Shown here: one piece after another, positions 37,901-52,900 of the stretch
Layout of the letters: each line of letters starts with the position of its first letter
Numbering within the stretch: position 1 is the first letter of the stretch
Source of the DNA: Tubiluchus corallicola
Lineage: Eukaryota; Animalia; Priapulida
DNA: 64,000 bases
NCBI GenBank assembly: GCA_030141605.1
Contig: JAQGDQ010000612.1
Location: 1-64,000, forward strand
Direction of reading: 5' to 3'
The notes under the pieces: model-generated
Databases searched by the model: none
Told to the model about the DNA's origin: nothing
What the model saw: the letters and a program-made list of their open reading frames with translations, nothing else
Translations under genes and position numbers: made by a program

Positions 37901-40900
37901 CATGTACCTGCTATTCGTACACTATTCTGTGCACTTGATTATTACGCACGCCCGCTAGTGCTGCCACCACCACCATGTACCTGCTATTCGTACACTATTC
38001 TGTGCACTTGATTATTACGCACGCCCGCTAGTACTGCCACCACCACCATGTACCTGCTATTCGTACACTATTCTGTGCACTTGATTATTACGCACGCCCG
38101 CTAGTGCTGCCACCACCACCATGTACCTGCTATTCGTACATTATTCTGTGCACTTGATTATTACGCACGCCCGCTAGTGCTGCCACCACCACCATGTACC
38201 TGCTATTCGTACATTATTCTGTGCACTTGATTATTACGCACGCTCGCTAGTGCTGCCACCACCACCATGTACCTGCTATTCGTACATTATTCTGTGCACT
38301 TGATTATTACGCACGCCCGCTAGTGCTGCCACCACCACCATGTACCTGCTATTCGTACATTATTCTGTGCACTTGATTATTACGCACGATCGCTAGTGCT
38401 GCCACCACCTCCATGTACCTGCTATTCGTACACTATTCTGTGCACTTGATTATTACGCACGCTCGCTAGTGCTGCCACCACCACCATGTACCTGCTATTC
38501 GTACACTATTCTGTGCACTTGATTATTACGCACGCTCGCTAGTGCTGCCACCACCTCCATGTACCTGCTATTCGTACACTATTCTGTGCACTTGATTATT
38601 ACGCACGCCCGTTAGTGCTGCCACCGCCTCCATGTACGTGCTATTCGTACACTATTCTGTGCACTTGATTATTACGCACGCTCGCTAGTGCTGCCACCAC
38701 CTCCATGTACGTGCTATTCGTACACTATTCTGTGCACTTGATTATTACGCACGCCCGTTAGTGCTGCCACCGCCTCCATGTACGTGCTATTCGTACACTA
38801 TTCTGTGCACTTGATTATTACGCACGCCCGTTAGTGCTGCCACCGCCTCCATGTACGTGCTATTCGTACACTATTCTGTGCACTTGATTATTACGCACGC
38901 CCGTTAGTGCTGCCACCACCTCCATGTACCTGCTATTCGTACAGTATTCTGTGCACTTGATTATTACGCACGCTCGTTAGTGCTGCCACCACCTCCATGT
39001 ACCTGCTATTTGTACAGTATTCTGTGCACTTGATGTGCCTTATTTTATTTTCTATGCACTTATACATAATTTACTTATACATAGCCAAATTGGGTATTAA
39101 AATTCGAATAGAAGTTTTGTATTGCAATAATTTTTGTCTTCTCCTTATGGCACTCATTAAAACGGTTTTGGCCTTCCCCATATTGTACTTTTGGGTAGTA
39201 AAGCGAATACAAGTTTTATGGTCTACTGAAATAAGCAACTAAGTTACAATCAAAAGAATTTTAGTTTTATAAACTGTAAAGTTTAAATGCTGAAAAGACC
39301 GTTAGACGACGTTTCAAAATGAGGAAGGAACTGAGGAAAGGAGGGATTTCAAGGGGAGGAATGTGACTGTGACTTTGAGAAACTCTGCTGCAGCCGAACG
39401 ACGATCCCTTGCAATTATTTCGCCTGTCGTGTGCTGGGCTTGTAAAAGTGTATATTGTCATACCAGCATATGCCGTCAAACTTCTTAACATGAACCATCC
39501 CTGGCTCAGTTTACAATTCTCTATATATAGACCACGACCAGCTAAACATATGTGAAGCTTTCAATCAGATTCTGCTGCAATATGCCAACTATGAAAGAAG
39601 CCAGGTGAATACAGCAAACTGCAGTTACAGAAAAATGTAACACTTATATTTATTATAATCTTTGAGTAATTACTATACATACTTTTTATGTATGTGATTA
39701 TCCTTGATAGATTTTCAAAACTCGACCACTTGAAAATTTATTTGAAAATTTGATGAGTCTTATGACATTTATGGCATTTCCGATCTTTAAGCCTCCATTA
39801 TCGCTATATGGAAGATGCTGGAAGGATCTCACGTCATCAGCACCAAAACGCCGACAAATTTCCGCTGTTTTTTACCTTGGACATTCCTCATCCAAATTGA
39901 CCACGTATAAATGTAATTTTTCCCCGAGCCTCTTATTTGTGGAATTTAGAAGCAGCGAACTGTTTACATGATAACTGCAATTGCATTCGCATCAAGAAGA
40001 ACGCTAACATATTAGTTACGCTTAAGAATAGCAATGCTTCTGGCCATGTTTTTAGTTTTTTTGCTGGAACCCCTCTCCTGAGTAACCACTGGCTTTGGAG
40101 TGATTTGTATAAAAAAATTCTGTCTAAAACTGTTTAACATGTTTTCTCCTAATTATCTTTGCGCCTAGATAGTAAGTATGCAGAAAGAGGGTTCAACATA
40201 TTTAGATCACTCTTTCTTTCATCTTTCACCACCTGACAATTATAGACCTTAATCGCCTTTCTTATAGATTTAACTTAGGCGACAAGTTAAATTTTTGGAG
40301 TCAGTTGAAAAGCGCATTTTCGGATGTAAGATCTGTGATCTGTGCAACTAGCGAAAGATTATGCAATAACTTGCATAACAAGGCACGCCGTGACCCATCC
40401 ATAGTTACTTTGAGTGCTGAATATCGCTTGCGTCAATTGTCAAACAGTGGAGGCGTTTACTTACAATCTTACACGAATATGCACTTTACCTGTTTCCATT
40501 GCAATTTTCAAAATTGCAGTCACCATTCTACACAGCAGGTACAGTACACTATAGACTACTGTGGTACAGTAGCTGTGTACTTTACTCTAGAGAACATTTG
40601 CATTCCTCAAATACTTTGTGCATGATCAAGCTATGGGGATTGTGGGAAGATTGTCGATTGTCTACTCGCTTCAGTCCGTTGTTGGCGTTGTTTAACAATT
40701 AATGCACCATGACACTAACAATTTCTTACTAACAGCTTTTTTTACTAACAATCTGGTGTTTGGGTCAACATGTAACGTAAGTTCAAAATCCTATACACCC
40801 TATCTACGTAACAAGGATTATTGCCCTCACGTTACCTCTCTAAAATTTTACAAATCTAGATGATTGGCTGAATGAAGGTCAAAGGTTAAGGTCACTAAAA

Positions 40901-43900
40901 GGGCATATTCTAAAATATTCACAGCAAGATCAGTGACACGGTGTAGCATTGAGAAAAGCTTAATTTATTAACCGGTAAATGGTTTGAGACGAAAGCCACA
41001 TGCACATGTGTTACAAAAGGTTACATCTGATGTCAAAGTCGGTAACTTTAAAAGCTAAATTCATTTGCTTCGTGGTGAAATGTGTCATTAGTGTATGCCA
41101 GGCAAGTAATGGGAGAATGTGAAAATGTGAAGGAGGTACAAAGGTCGTCACTGCTCACGAAAGCACAACTGTGCACTCCAAAGAATCGACACTTCTTTCT
41201 GTTTCGTTTATTACATCTGATAAGAATAAAATGACTACAAAATGCCGCAAGCCGTTGTCTGTACCTAAGTTTTGTTTAGTGAGACTTTTATAGCGTTGCA
41301 ATTTAGAAAAATACATTCCGTGTCGGTGTGCAACTACAAAAGGCAACTACGGAAGTCAATTAAAACTTGGATGTTAAAAAAGCTGTAGCATTTTCGTTAA
41401 ACTTATTTTCTATGGTACACTATTGTATGTCTACGTGGCAACTCATAGGCTTGCTTTCGATTGTTGACGATTGTTATTTCTTATGTTTACAGTTGTTGCA
41501 CAACAAAGCTGACATAAATGCAGTGAACGAACACGGCAACACTCCTCTACACTATGCCGCATTCTGGGGCAACGACCAAATATCAGATGTAAGTACATTT
41601 GTACTACTTAATAATAATTAATGTCTTGCAATAAGTAATAATAAAGGTAGTAAAACTAATAATTGAATGAGCTACTGCAAGTTGTAGCTGCATCACGAGT
41701 AAAATTCATGTGAAGTGCATTAATTCACAGTGTCAAATACGGTAACGGTAGCTTAGCAAGTAAAATTGGCCACACTGAACCTGGTCAATAAGTGGATAGT
41801 TGGCTGTCTGAAAAGTCTCTGGGCAGTTTTTCATCTCCTACGCTGTTGATCTTTTTTATTTTTATATTTTTTTTGTAAAAAATGTATGTATTGTGTGTGT
41901 ACTTACACAATAAATATTAAATATCTTACTGAAACAGGGTGTATACTAATCTGAGGTGCTTCTGTCAGTTCAGTGCCTCATCTGAAAGATTCCTGTTCTG
42001 CCTTTTAAGTTTTAAGTAGACATTCGTTCAGTGCTGTGTACCAGTGCTGACTAGCTGGGTTCCCATTATTTGAAAATTGCCATCATTTCTCTTCATTTCT
42101 TGAACTATGACGTCATTTGTGGCTGCTTTAGGAAATTCGGGATTCATAATGTGTTTGTTTAGCGTAGTATTAAAGTGGAAGTATTGACCTGGCTTTCAGC
42201 TATAACAAGTGTAGATAATTCATCAAACTTTGACGTCATCGGTTCTGTTGCACGTAATTATCGAAATAGAATGAATATCGATTTTTGTAAAGTCTAAATT
42301 ATCATAAATTTCTTCAAATTGTTTATCGTGTGTATCGACGTGAGTATGAAATGGTGGCCAAATAAAATAATGGGGTATATGTTTGTTTGTTTGTTCGTGT
42401 TTGTTTTTTGGTTTGTTGTTTATTCGTGGGGGTTGCTGTGTTTCATCGTTCACACAAGATTTAATATTTAGCTCACAAGACGACGATAAAAAATATCAGC
42501 TAAGTTTTAAGCTTAGTCACAGTGCTGGTTTATCATCGTGTCTGCTGGTCTTCTTGCTGTCTGATTGTCTGCCTGTCTGTTTGCCCGAGGCGCTAATCCC
42601 ACTGTAAAATCAACACCTGCTCAAGGAATAACTCTCCTGTGTGTGTGTGTGTGTGTGCGTGCGTGCGTGTGTGTGTGTGCGTGCGTGCGTGTGCGCACGT
42701 GCGCGTGCGCGTGCTTGTACACTTAAGGCAGTTTCTAGCTTACCACTCCACTACGCTTGTCTGCCTGTCTGCTTAACTGCTTGCCTGACTTAAATAAATC
42801 TATAAGCCTATATTTGTTCACTAGAGAAACTTGCGATTTCATAACGGTTCTTGAGCCGTTTAAATTCTCATGACAGAGAACGTTTTTCTTGGATAGCGCA
42901 GGCAAACTGCCACTTTCGCTTCTACTTGCACGTTTTTACTGTCAGTTTTGACAGCTATAATAGCAGGCTATTTTGTGCAATACGTGTTGCTAATCAATGG
43001 TTGGCTCCGTGATGAAGTAGACAAGAAACCAATATTGTAGTGAAAGAACCGAGCTTGTTTCTAAAAAGACATTTTGATGTTGTCGTAAAACCAGACTGAA
43101 CCAAGTTCATTATTCTCTGTCTGTAGATTTGCTGTTGTCAATACTCTTTAAAAGAGGAAAAAATCGTATTTGTATGTTCCTAAGCCTGCATATCTGCTTA
43201 TAACTAAGTTAGTCCGTCTAAAATTGGTCTTTTTGCTTGCAACTTGGACTCTCGATCGAACTTGACCTGTCCTTTTTTTCGTGACCTGAAAAGACTCTGA
43301 CCAGTTGGCCTGTGTGTTTCTTGAGACCAGGAAGAACTCTGTTTGATTTTTTTTTGCATTCAAGACCAGAAAAGACTCTAGTTGGCCTATCCTTTTAGCC
43401 AAAACCAGAAAGTACTCTAGTTAACTTAGTGTATCATTTTATTCAAGAGCAGACAGGATCTGCCTGTTCAGTCGTTTTACTGAAGACCAGAAAGGTCTCA
43501 GTTGGCTTCTCTACTCAGCACGAGAAGAAACTCTGATAAACTTGTTTTTCATTGACGACTGAGCAAACTTTTTTTGTCTCCCTTTTTAATCAAGATAAAA
43601 AACACTCTAGCAGGCTGGTCTTATTTGAGATTCGGCTTGCTTGTTTTTGGTCAGCTTCTGGGAGGACCTGAGTGTTAAAATGGGAGCCGGTGCATCTGTA
43701 TCCATTTATCTTACTTAAAACTAAAAGAGACTGATAGACTTGCCAGTTTATTTGTGTGCCAAAAATATTTTATTCTTTTACACGTGTCTTTTCATTTTGT
43801 ACTAGTTGGTTTTATAGGGTCTATTTATTTTTATCTAGACTTCGGTTTTTGTTACAACTATTTTTTAACCGTTTCCAATTTTTCAGTGAGTTGCATTTTC

Positions 43901-46900
43901 ACACATTTTAATTCTTAATTTATTTTCAGGATTTGGTAAGCAATGGTGCGTTAATTTCAATACAGAACAAATACGGTGAAACACCTTTAGACAAAGCCAA
44001 ATATCCACTGGCCAAGAGATTACAAGGTATTTATAAAACAAACATTAAACAAATGATTAAAAATATTTTCATAGCAACTCAACTAGAAGAGAAATTCAGG
44101 TTTGTAATGTTATTAATCACGTTCAAATGATAATTAATCACCCATAAAAATTCACATTTTTCTTGTGACATTTGCGAACGTATTTTCCTTGCCGTCGGCT
44201 GCATTTTCAGTTATTACGGCCCCCGTTTCTTCTGCGTAATTGACAGGCTAGGCAGTAAATAAAAATTCCTAACCATTATGTGGCGTTTAAATAACCGGTC
44301 TTTGTCATTGTTTGTGTAACGCTTAATTTATTTATGTTGAATGATCGTTAATTTTCTCCGTTGTTATTGTAAAACATCTGGGTTTTATTGGGTCCGCGTC
44401 TGCGCTTGTATTTGCTTTACTACTAGAAGGTGATTATTTTTACAAAAAGCCAAACGCGCGGGCTCTCCTAGTATGATGCGAGTTAAACTAACCTAATTTT
44501 CGCTTGCACGGTATTGCCGATAAAGTTTTCCTGAATAAATATCCGAAATTTAAATAAATATTGGACGACTGACGGATGAAATTAATGTAAATGCTGTAAC
44601 ATTAAGCTTCTGTTTCATGACGACAGGTGGCTCTGTTGAAATGCTTGCTGATGTCAATTATAAATTAGTAGGCATCTGTGCTATAATTTGTAAGTCTTCT
44701 GATATACGCGATGTGTATTTCTATGTATGATGAATTTGGTGGTGTCATTTTGTTCAAAATATTTTGCCCCTGCCATTTGCTAGAAACCGTGTAGTACCCG
44801 TTGTGCCTGAATTTTGATAGATAGGGCCCAGATAAGGGTTAACTAGAACAATGCTCCGGTGCCACAGAACCAAGAAGCAGCCAGGGAATTTTTACACTTG
44901 CTTGATGTTCATCTTCAATTACTCATTTACTATCGCATGCCAAATGTTTCTTTTGATATTTTATCGTAAACATTTCTTCTAAAAAGATTGAAAATGTGCC
45001 GCTCTAAGATTTAATGTTATGCCATAGATGTTGTTGAAATACGTAGAAGAAAACTTCAAGTCCAACCGTCCTACACTTCATTTTGAGAGGAATTGTTTTC
45101 TCTCGGGGTCAAAAACAATTTTCTTCCACCTTGTAAGACATAAAGGTTTTCTTGTACAGCTTGTACTGGCTGCTAAGTGCTAACAATAGCGCCTAAATTC
45201 CAGCTTTTACTCGAGCAAAGCTTTTGTGTTTTTCTAAAACTGCTGACAGTGTGAGTTTAGGTTATTCAAATCATATTTTTAATACATGTTTTTGCTGACT
45301 CACATCATACTTAAGAATTCAGTGTGCTTTTCGATTGCAGTTCCTTTTTACGATGCAAGGATTACGAGTATTTCATTTGTTTACTTATCATTTCAGATAA
45401 AGCTACTCAACTGGGGCAAGAGTTAAACAAAATTCCCTACAAGGATCAATCCTGGCGAGGGTACAAAACGAGGAGCCGTACGTATTTGCATCTAATTCAC
45501 TTACCGCTGTTGTAAACACATTTTTCCATCAGAATAGCTGCAGCATTTTCCACACCATTTAACAAAACTGTCACATTATAATACATGGGCCATTATGTGA
45601 AAAGATTGATCGATCTCTATTTTTCTTGTTTGTTCTCATTTCCAGGAGACGCGACGTTATCCCGGTATTCCGGCATCGACATTGCCCAGCTGAACCTGCA
45701 AGTGCGGATTGCGACCAGTCACACTGGCGACGTGAGTTCTCTGTTCTCTAATGTCCCGCTCGTATTAGAACTCATTTTCGCAGCTGCTCACACAGAGTTC
45801 GAGTTCGTGCACCGAGTTGGCACTACTTATGCTTCGTCTACACCACCAGTTTTTAAACTGTCCAACCAAAACCAACAAACAAAAACTGTCAGCCTAGAAA
45901 CTGACACACGTTTACATGTCACCAAACTTTACGCTCATAGCAAGTATTCAGGAAGGGTGTAGGTCTGCTAGTATGTGCGCGACGATAGTTACAAAATTAC
46001 GAATCAGTCAGACTGCTTTAGAGAAATTCTATTTTCTCCAAAAAGAACTAATTGGAGAATTAATTGTTAAAATGTATCATTGTTAAAACATTATTATCTA
46101 ATGTTAGTTTTAACATGTACACGTTAGCTCTCGTGGTAACTGTGTGCACACTATAAGCACTCTTAATCCGACTTTCAATCCCCCTCAAACTGCAGAAAAA
46201 TGATTATGAAATGGATGAAAGTTGTAAAATTAACATTATACTGTGAGACAAACAATAATTTCAACTTTACTATTAAGTATTCATAAAGTTATAAAATAAA
46301 ACTTTAAAATTTTAATCCTTTACACTGTCGTTAATTATGCTCTAATGTGAAAAATTAAATTTAAATTTCTTATAAAGGTAAAACATTTATAACATCTAAT
46401 ATTGATGTGTTCCACGAAACCTACACATGTTTCTTTTTAGTTGCTCTTCATGTACACCTCTGTGAGAAAATAAACAATCGATATGGTGTCACGACTGCGA
46501 GACGCTATTGGCTGAGTTTGTCAGTTTTTGTTTGACGAATTTAAAACTAAAAGTTTGTCAATTTCGGTGCTTACATGATCAAACTAGTTTGACAAACTAC
46601 AACTAACGAAGAAGTTTGTCCATCTAAACGGGGACTTAAAGCTGAAATAGTACAGTTTGCCTAGGCAAATTGCATTGATAGTTTTGGTACTGATGTAGCG
46701 TGGGCTAGGTTTGTACTGATGTAGCTTAGGCTGGGTTTGTACGGATGTAGCGTAGGCTGGGTTTGTACTGATGTAGCGTAGGCTGGGTTTGTACTGACGT
46801 AGCGTAGGCTGGGTTTGTACTGACGTAGCGTAGGCTGGGTTTGTACTGACGTAGCGTAGGCTGGGTTTGTACTGACGCAGCGTAGGCTGGGTTTGTACTG

Positions 46901-49900
46901 ATGCAGCGTAGCTGGGTTTGTGCTGATGCAGCGTAGGCTGGGTTTGTACTGATGTAGCGTAGGCTGAGTTTGTACTGACGTAGCGTAGGCTGGGTTTGTA
47001 CTGATGTAGCGTAGGCTGGGCTTGTACTGATGCAGCGTAGCTGGGTTTGTGCTGATGTACCGTAGGCTGGGTTTGTAAATAGTAACTTTTTACAGTTTTT
47101 TTTAATCGTTTAGACTAAAATTAAAACATATTTGAAATGTCCGATATTATCATGGAGGTTTTCTAGATTGTTTACAATGAAATACAAATAAGGCTTCCAG
47201 AAAGAAATAGAAATATGTTGACGTTTTCTGATTGTATCTTGCATCAAAATCTGCCGAACCTGATTTTGCAACACCTGAGACCTGTCTTATTAAGTATTTA
47301 ATGTGCTTTGTTTAGTGCTTAATCGAAATCATTAAATAATACTTTTATGGTTTTAGATATTATGTGTCCTCACTGTCTTGCCATATTATGAGTTGTATGA
47401 TATCTTGTCATGCGTGTTCAATTAGGCTTTATTTCTTTTTTAGTTATGGCGAGGTACGTGGCAAAACAATGAAATCGTCGCACGAGTGCTGAACATCCGT
47501 GAATGCACACAAAGAATCTCACGAGACTTTGCCGAGGAATATCCCAGGTTAAGGTAGGCTGACAGTGCTGCCATCTGTAGAGCCCAGTTTCGTAGCTTCG
47601 TTAGTTGGTTTTTCTCAGATATGTTGGAGTCAAATATTTTCTTATAATAAGACGAACTTAGGTTTTTCTTTACTATTCATTGAATACCATTTTTCAAGTG
47701 CTTGCAGTTGGCACATTAACGTATTAGTAAAAAAATTAGACTATTCAGGCACCTACGTATCCCATTGTGTTGCGATTTCCTTGTCGTTTCACGTAAAATT
47801 TTAAAAAATAAAAAAAATTCGCTGTTAAAAATATGTACTGTAGTAGGCCAGTAATTTAAACTTTAAAAGTATGAATGTGACGTCACAGCTGGCTTCTCTC
47901 TATTCTTTCTATACCTAAACAGGTTAGCGAGTTAGTTCCGGTTTTGATACGAAGCAAGGCTGACATATTGCTGTTATATTTTTTTCGTCATGATACTACT
48001 TTGAATTAAAATAAAGTTTTAAAAGTAAGTTACAAATGAGTTTGAGCAGTTTGCCAAGAACAATCACTATTACTTTTGTCACAGTTACCTGTAAGATATG
48101 ATCTGTGTTTGGATATCAGTTCTTATCCCTGTTTTCACTACAATGTGAGGCCTGTGTGGGACGCGTCCTCTCTATTTCACACCTTCTCGGATAGACCAAC
48201 TTGCACTTGCCACGTGGACTTATTTTCCATTGTGTCGTGAAAAATACCGTATCTTGGCACCTGCCTACCATGAAAACTGTGTCAGGAGCTGTTGCTCTGC
48301 GTGCCCTTGTTGCAACATTTTTTAGCCAGTTTCATTGTTTTTACTGTACAAATGAGGTTGAGAAGTCTGCAAAGTAGTACTCTGTAGTAAGTTTTCATTT
48401 GTCTGATTTGCTGAGTAACCCATTATGTCACATAAATAAACTGCTGTACAAAACATTAACTGAAATGGCAAGTCAGCGTATTTTCATCTGGGACCATGAT
48501 ATCGATGAAATGAAAATCACTTTTCAGTCAAATCTCTTTACCACGTTTAACTTTTTTCATCTTGTTACAGAATATTTTCACATCCAAACGTGTTGCCAGT
48601 TCTGGGCTGCAGCAATCAGCCGCCGAACTTGGTGGTAATCAGTCAGTACCAACCCTACGGATCACTGTACAATGTCTTACACGAATCAACGAGTGAGTAC
48701 ATTCATATGAGGCGTTTTCAATTGTTACTTTGATTAGTTCATGCTGTTGAATGAATCTGAATCTACATGTGAATGATGTGGCTTGTGGATAGGATGTAAT
48801 ACATCCAGCATGTAAACTGCTTAGTTCTCGTTACTGCTTGCTAGACTATGAATCTGAATGTACATGTGAATGATGTGGCTTGTGGATAGGATGTAATAGA
48901 TCCAGCATGTAAATGCTTAGTTCTCGTTACTAGCCTTGCTAGACTATGACAGTAATTCGAGAAACATCAAAATTTGCTCACAAGAAATATAGTCGTGTAT
49001 AGTGTTTTTGTTGTCAAGTTTTTCTTTTCTTCCTGTTGAATCTGTATTAGCACTTAAAATGGAATAAAAAATGTTAATGAGTCAATAATGGCTTTGTTTT
49101 TTTCAATTTTTAAAACGTTTGTGGGTGTGAAATAGTACAAAAATCATAAAATTTGATTGCAGTCATGCAGATTTTTTACAATGCAATTACATTTTAGCCG
49201 GAATTTTAAAAGTATCACTTGGGAGTCATTATTGCAATATGTATCATTGCATCCTGCCGGATCTAAATTGCTATAAGACAGTTTGAAACAACTCACAGGA
49301 TTGAAATTTTTAAGTCTTCTAAGGTTTTTGGGTTTGAAAGTTTTAATTAAGTTTTCTAAGGTTTTTGGGATTGAAATTCTTAAGTTTTCTAAGGTTTTTG
49401 GGATTGAAATTTTAGGTTTTCTATGGTTTTTGGGATTGAAATTTTTAAATTTTCTAAGGTTTTTTTTGTGATCAAAATGTGGGTCTAATTCATCTGACAG
49501 TCTTCCAGTTTTTATTGAAGAGTGTGGAAACTAGGCAGTTTAGATATACAGAAGTGCTAGCAATCCACTAACTGCTGTACGATTTGCCTATAATGGATAA
49601 AACCATCACAGAATGCATAAAGAAAATTTAATATCCATTACTTCATTTTTTGCATCAGTAAGTAGCACTGCGTGTTTTGCTAAAAGTACTTACAACACTA
49701 GTTCTACCTTTTCCGTTAAATATTTTGTCCTATATTCGTATAGCATAGTTTTTCATTGATTGGCGATATCGGTTTTTGTAGGCGTTGTCGTCGATCACTC
49801 GCAGGCGCTGAAGTTTGCCGTCGACATCGCGCGTGGCATGGCGTATCTGCATACACTGGAACCATTGGTACCGTTCTATTACCTTTCCAGCAAACATGTT

Positions 49901-52900
49901 ATGGTAAGTATTATCAGTCATGCCATTCTATTACTTTTCCAGCAAACATGTTATGGTAAGTATTATCAGTCATGCCATTCTATTACCTTTCCAGCAAACA
50001 TGTTATGGTAAGTATTATCACTCGTGCCGTTCTATTACCTTTCCAGCAAACATGTTATGGTAAGTATTATCAGTCGTGCCATTCTATTACCTTTCCAGCA
50101 AACATGTTATGGTAAGTATTATCAGTCGTGCCATTCTATTACCTTTCCAGCAAACATGTTATGGTAAGTATTATCAGTCGTGCCATTCTATTACCTTTCC
50201 AGCAAACATGTTATGGTAAGTATTATCACTCGTGCCGTTCTATTACCTTTCCAGCAAACATGTTATGGTAAGTATTATCAGTCGTACCGTTCTATTACCT
50301 TTCCAGCAAACATGTTATGGTAAGTATTATCAGTCGTGCCATTCTATTACCTTTCCAGCAAACATGTTATGGTAAGTATTATCACTCGTGCCATTCTATT
50401 ACCTTTCCAGCAAACATGTTACGGTAAGTATTATCAGTCGTGCCATTCTATTACCTTTCCAGCAAACATGTTATGGTAAGTATTATCAGTTGTGCCATTC
50501 TATTACCTTTCCAGCAAACATGTTATGGTAAGTATTATCACTCGTGCCATTCTATTACCTTTCCAGCAAACATGTTATGGTAAGTATTATCAGTCGTGCC
50601 GTTCTATTACCTTTCCAGCAAACATGTTATGGTAAGTGTTATCAGTCGTGCCATTCTATTACCTTTCCAGCAAACATGTTATGGTAAGTATTATCAGTCG
50701 TGCCATTCTATTACCTTTCCAGCAAACATGTTATGGTAAGTATTATCAGTCGTGCCATTCTATTACCTTTCCAGCAAACATGTTATGGTAAGTATTATCA
50801 GTCGTGCCGTTCTATTACCTTTCCAGCAAACATGTTATGGTAAGTGTTATCAGTCGTGCCATTCTATTACCTTTCCAGCAAACATGTTATGGTAAGTATT
50901 ATCAGTCGTGCCATTCTATTACCTTTCCAGCAAACTTGTTATGGTAAGTATTATCAGTTGTGCCATTCTATTACCTTTCCAGCAAACATGTTATGGTAAG
51001 TATTATCAGTCATGCCATTCTATTACCTTTCCAGCAAACATGTTATGGTAAGTATTATCAGTCGTACCATTTAATTACCTTTCCAGCAAACATGTTATGG
51101 TAAGTATTATCACTCGTGCCGTTCTATTACCTTTCCAGCAAACATGTTATGGTAAGTATTATCACTTGTGCCATTCTATTACCTTTCCAGCAAACATGTT
51201 ATGGTAAGTATTATCACTCGTGCCGTTCTATTACCTTTCCAGCAAACATGTTATGGTAAGTATTATCAGTCGTGCCATTCTATTACCTTTCCAGCAAACA
51301 TGTTATGGTAAGTATTATCAGTCGTGCCGTTCTATTACCTTTCCAGCAAACATGTTATGGTAAGTATTATCAGTCGTGCCGTTCTATTACCTTTCCAGCA
51401 AACATGTTATGGTAAGTGTTATCAGTCGTGCCATTCTATTACCTTTCCAGCAAACATGTTATGGTAAGTATTATCAGTCGTGCCGTTCTATTACCTTTCC
51501 AGCAAACATGTTATGGTAAGTATTATCAGTTGTACCATTGTATTACCTTTCCAGCAAACATGTTATGGTAAGTATTATCACTCGTGCCGTTCTATTACCT
51601 TTCCAGCAAACATGTCATGGTAAGTATTATCAGTCGTACCATTCTATTACCTTTCCAGCAAACATGTTATGGTAAGTATTATCAGTCATGCCATTCTATT
51701 ACCTTTCCAGCAAACATGTCATGGTAAGTATTATCAGTCGTACCATTCTATTACCTTTCCAGCAAACATGTTATGGTAAGTATTATCAGTCGTACCATTC
51801 TATTACCTTTCCAGCAAACATGTTATGGTAAGTATTATCAGTCTTACCATTCTATTACCTTTCCAGCAAACATGTTATGGTAAGTATTATCAGTCATGCC
51901 ATTCTATTACCTTTCCAGCAAACATGTTATGGTAAGTATTATCAGTCGTACCATTTAATTACCTTTCCAGCAAACATGTTATGGTAAGTATTATCACTCG
52001 TGCCATTCTATTACCTTTCCAGCAAACATGTTATGGTAAGTATTATCACTTGTGCCATTCTATTACCTTTCCAGCAAACATGTTATGGTAAGTATTATCA
52101 CTCGTGCCGTTCTATTACCTTTCCAGCAAACATGTTATGGTAAGTATTATCAGTCGTGCCATTCTATTACCTTTCCAGCAAACATGTTATGGTAAGTATT
52201 ATCAGTCGTGCCGTTCTATTACCTTTCCAGCAAACATGTTATGGTAAGTATTATCAGTCGTGCCGTTCTATTACCTTTCCAGCAAACATGTTATGGTAAG
52301 TTTTATCAGTCGTGCCATTCTATTACCTTTCCAGCAAACATGTTATGGTAAGTATTATCAGTCGTGCCATTCTATTAGCTTTCCAGCAAACATGTTATGG
52401 TAAGTATTATCAGTTGTGCCATTCTATTACCTTTCCAGCAAACATGTTATGGTAAGTATTATCACTCGTGCCGTTCTATTACCTTTCCAGCAAACATGTC
52501 ATGGTAAGTATTATCAGTCGTACCATTCTATTACCTTTCCAGCAAACATGTTATGGTAAGTATTATCAGTCATGCCATTCTATTACCTTTCCAGCAAACA
52601 TGTCATGGTAAGTATTATCAGTCGTACCATTCTATTACCTTTCCAGCAAACATGTTATGGTAAGTATTATCAGTCGTACCATTCTATTACCTTTCCAGCA
52701 AACATGTTATGGTAAGTATTATCAGTCTTACCATTCTATTACCTTTCCAGCAAACATGTTATGGTAAGTATTATCAGTCATGCCATTCTATTACCTTTCC
52801 AGCAAACACGTTATGGTAAGTATTATCAGTCGTGCCATACTATTACCTTTCCAGCAAACACGTTATGGTAAGTATTATCAGTCGTACCATTCTATTACCT

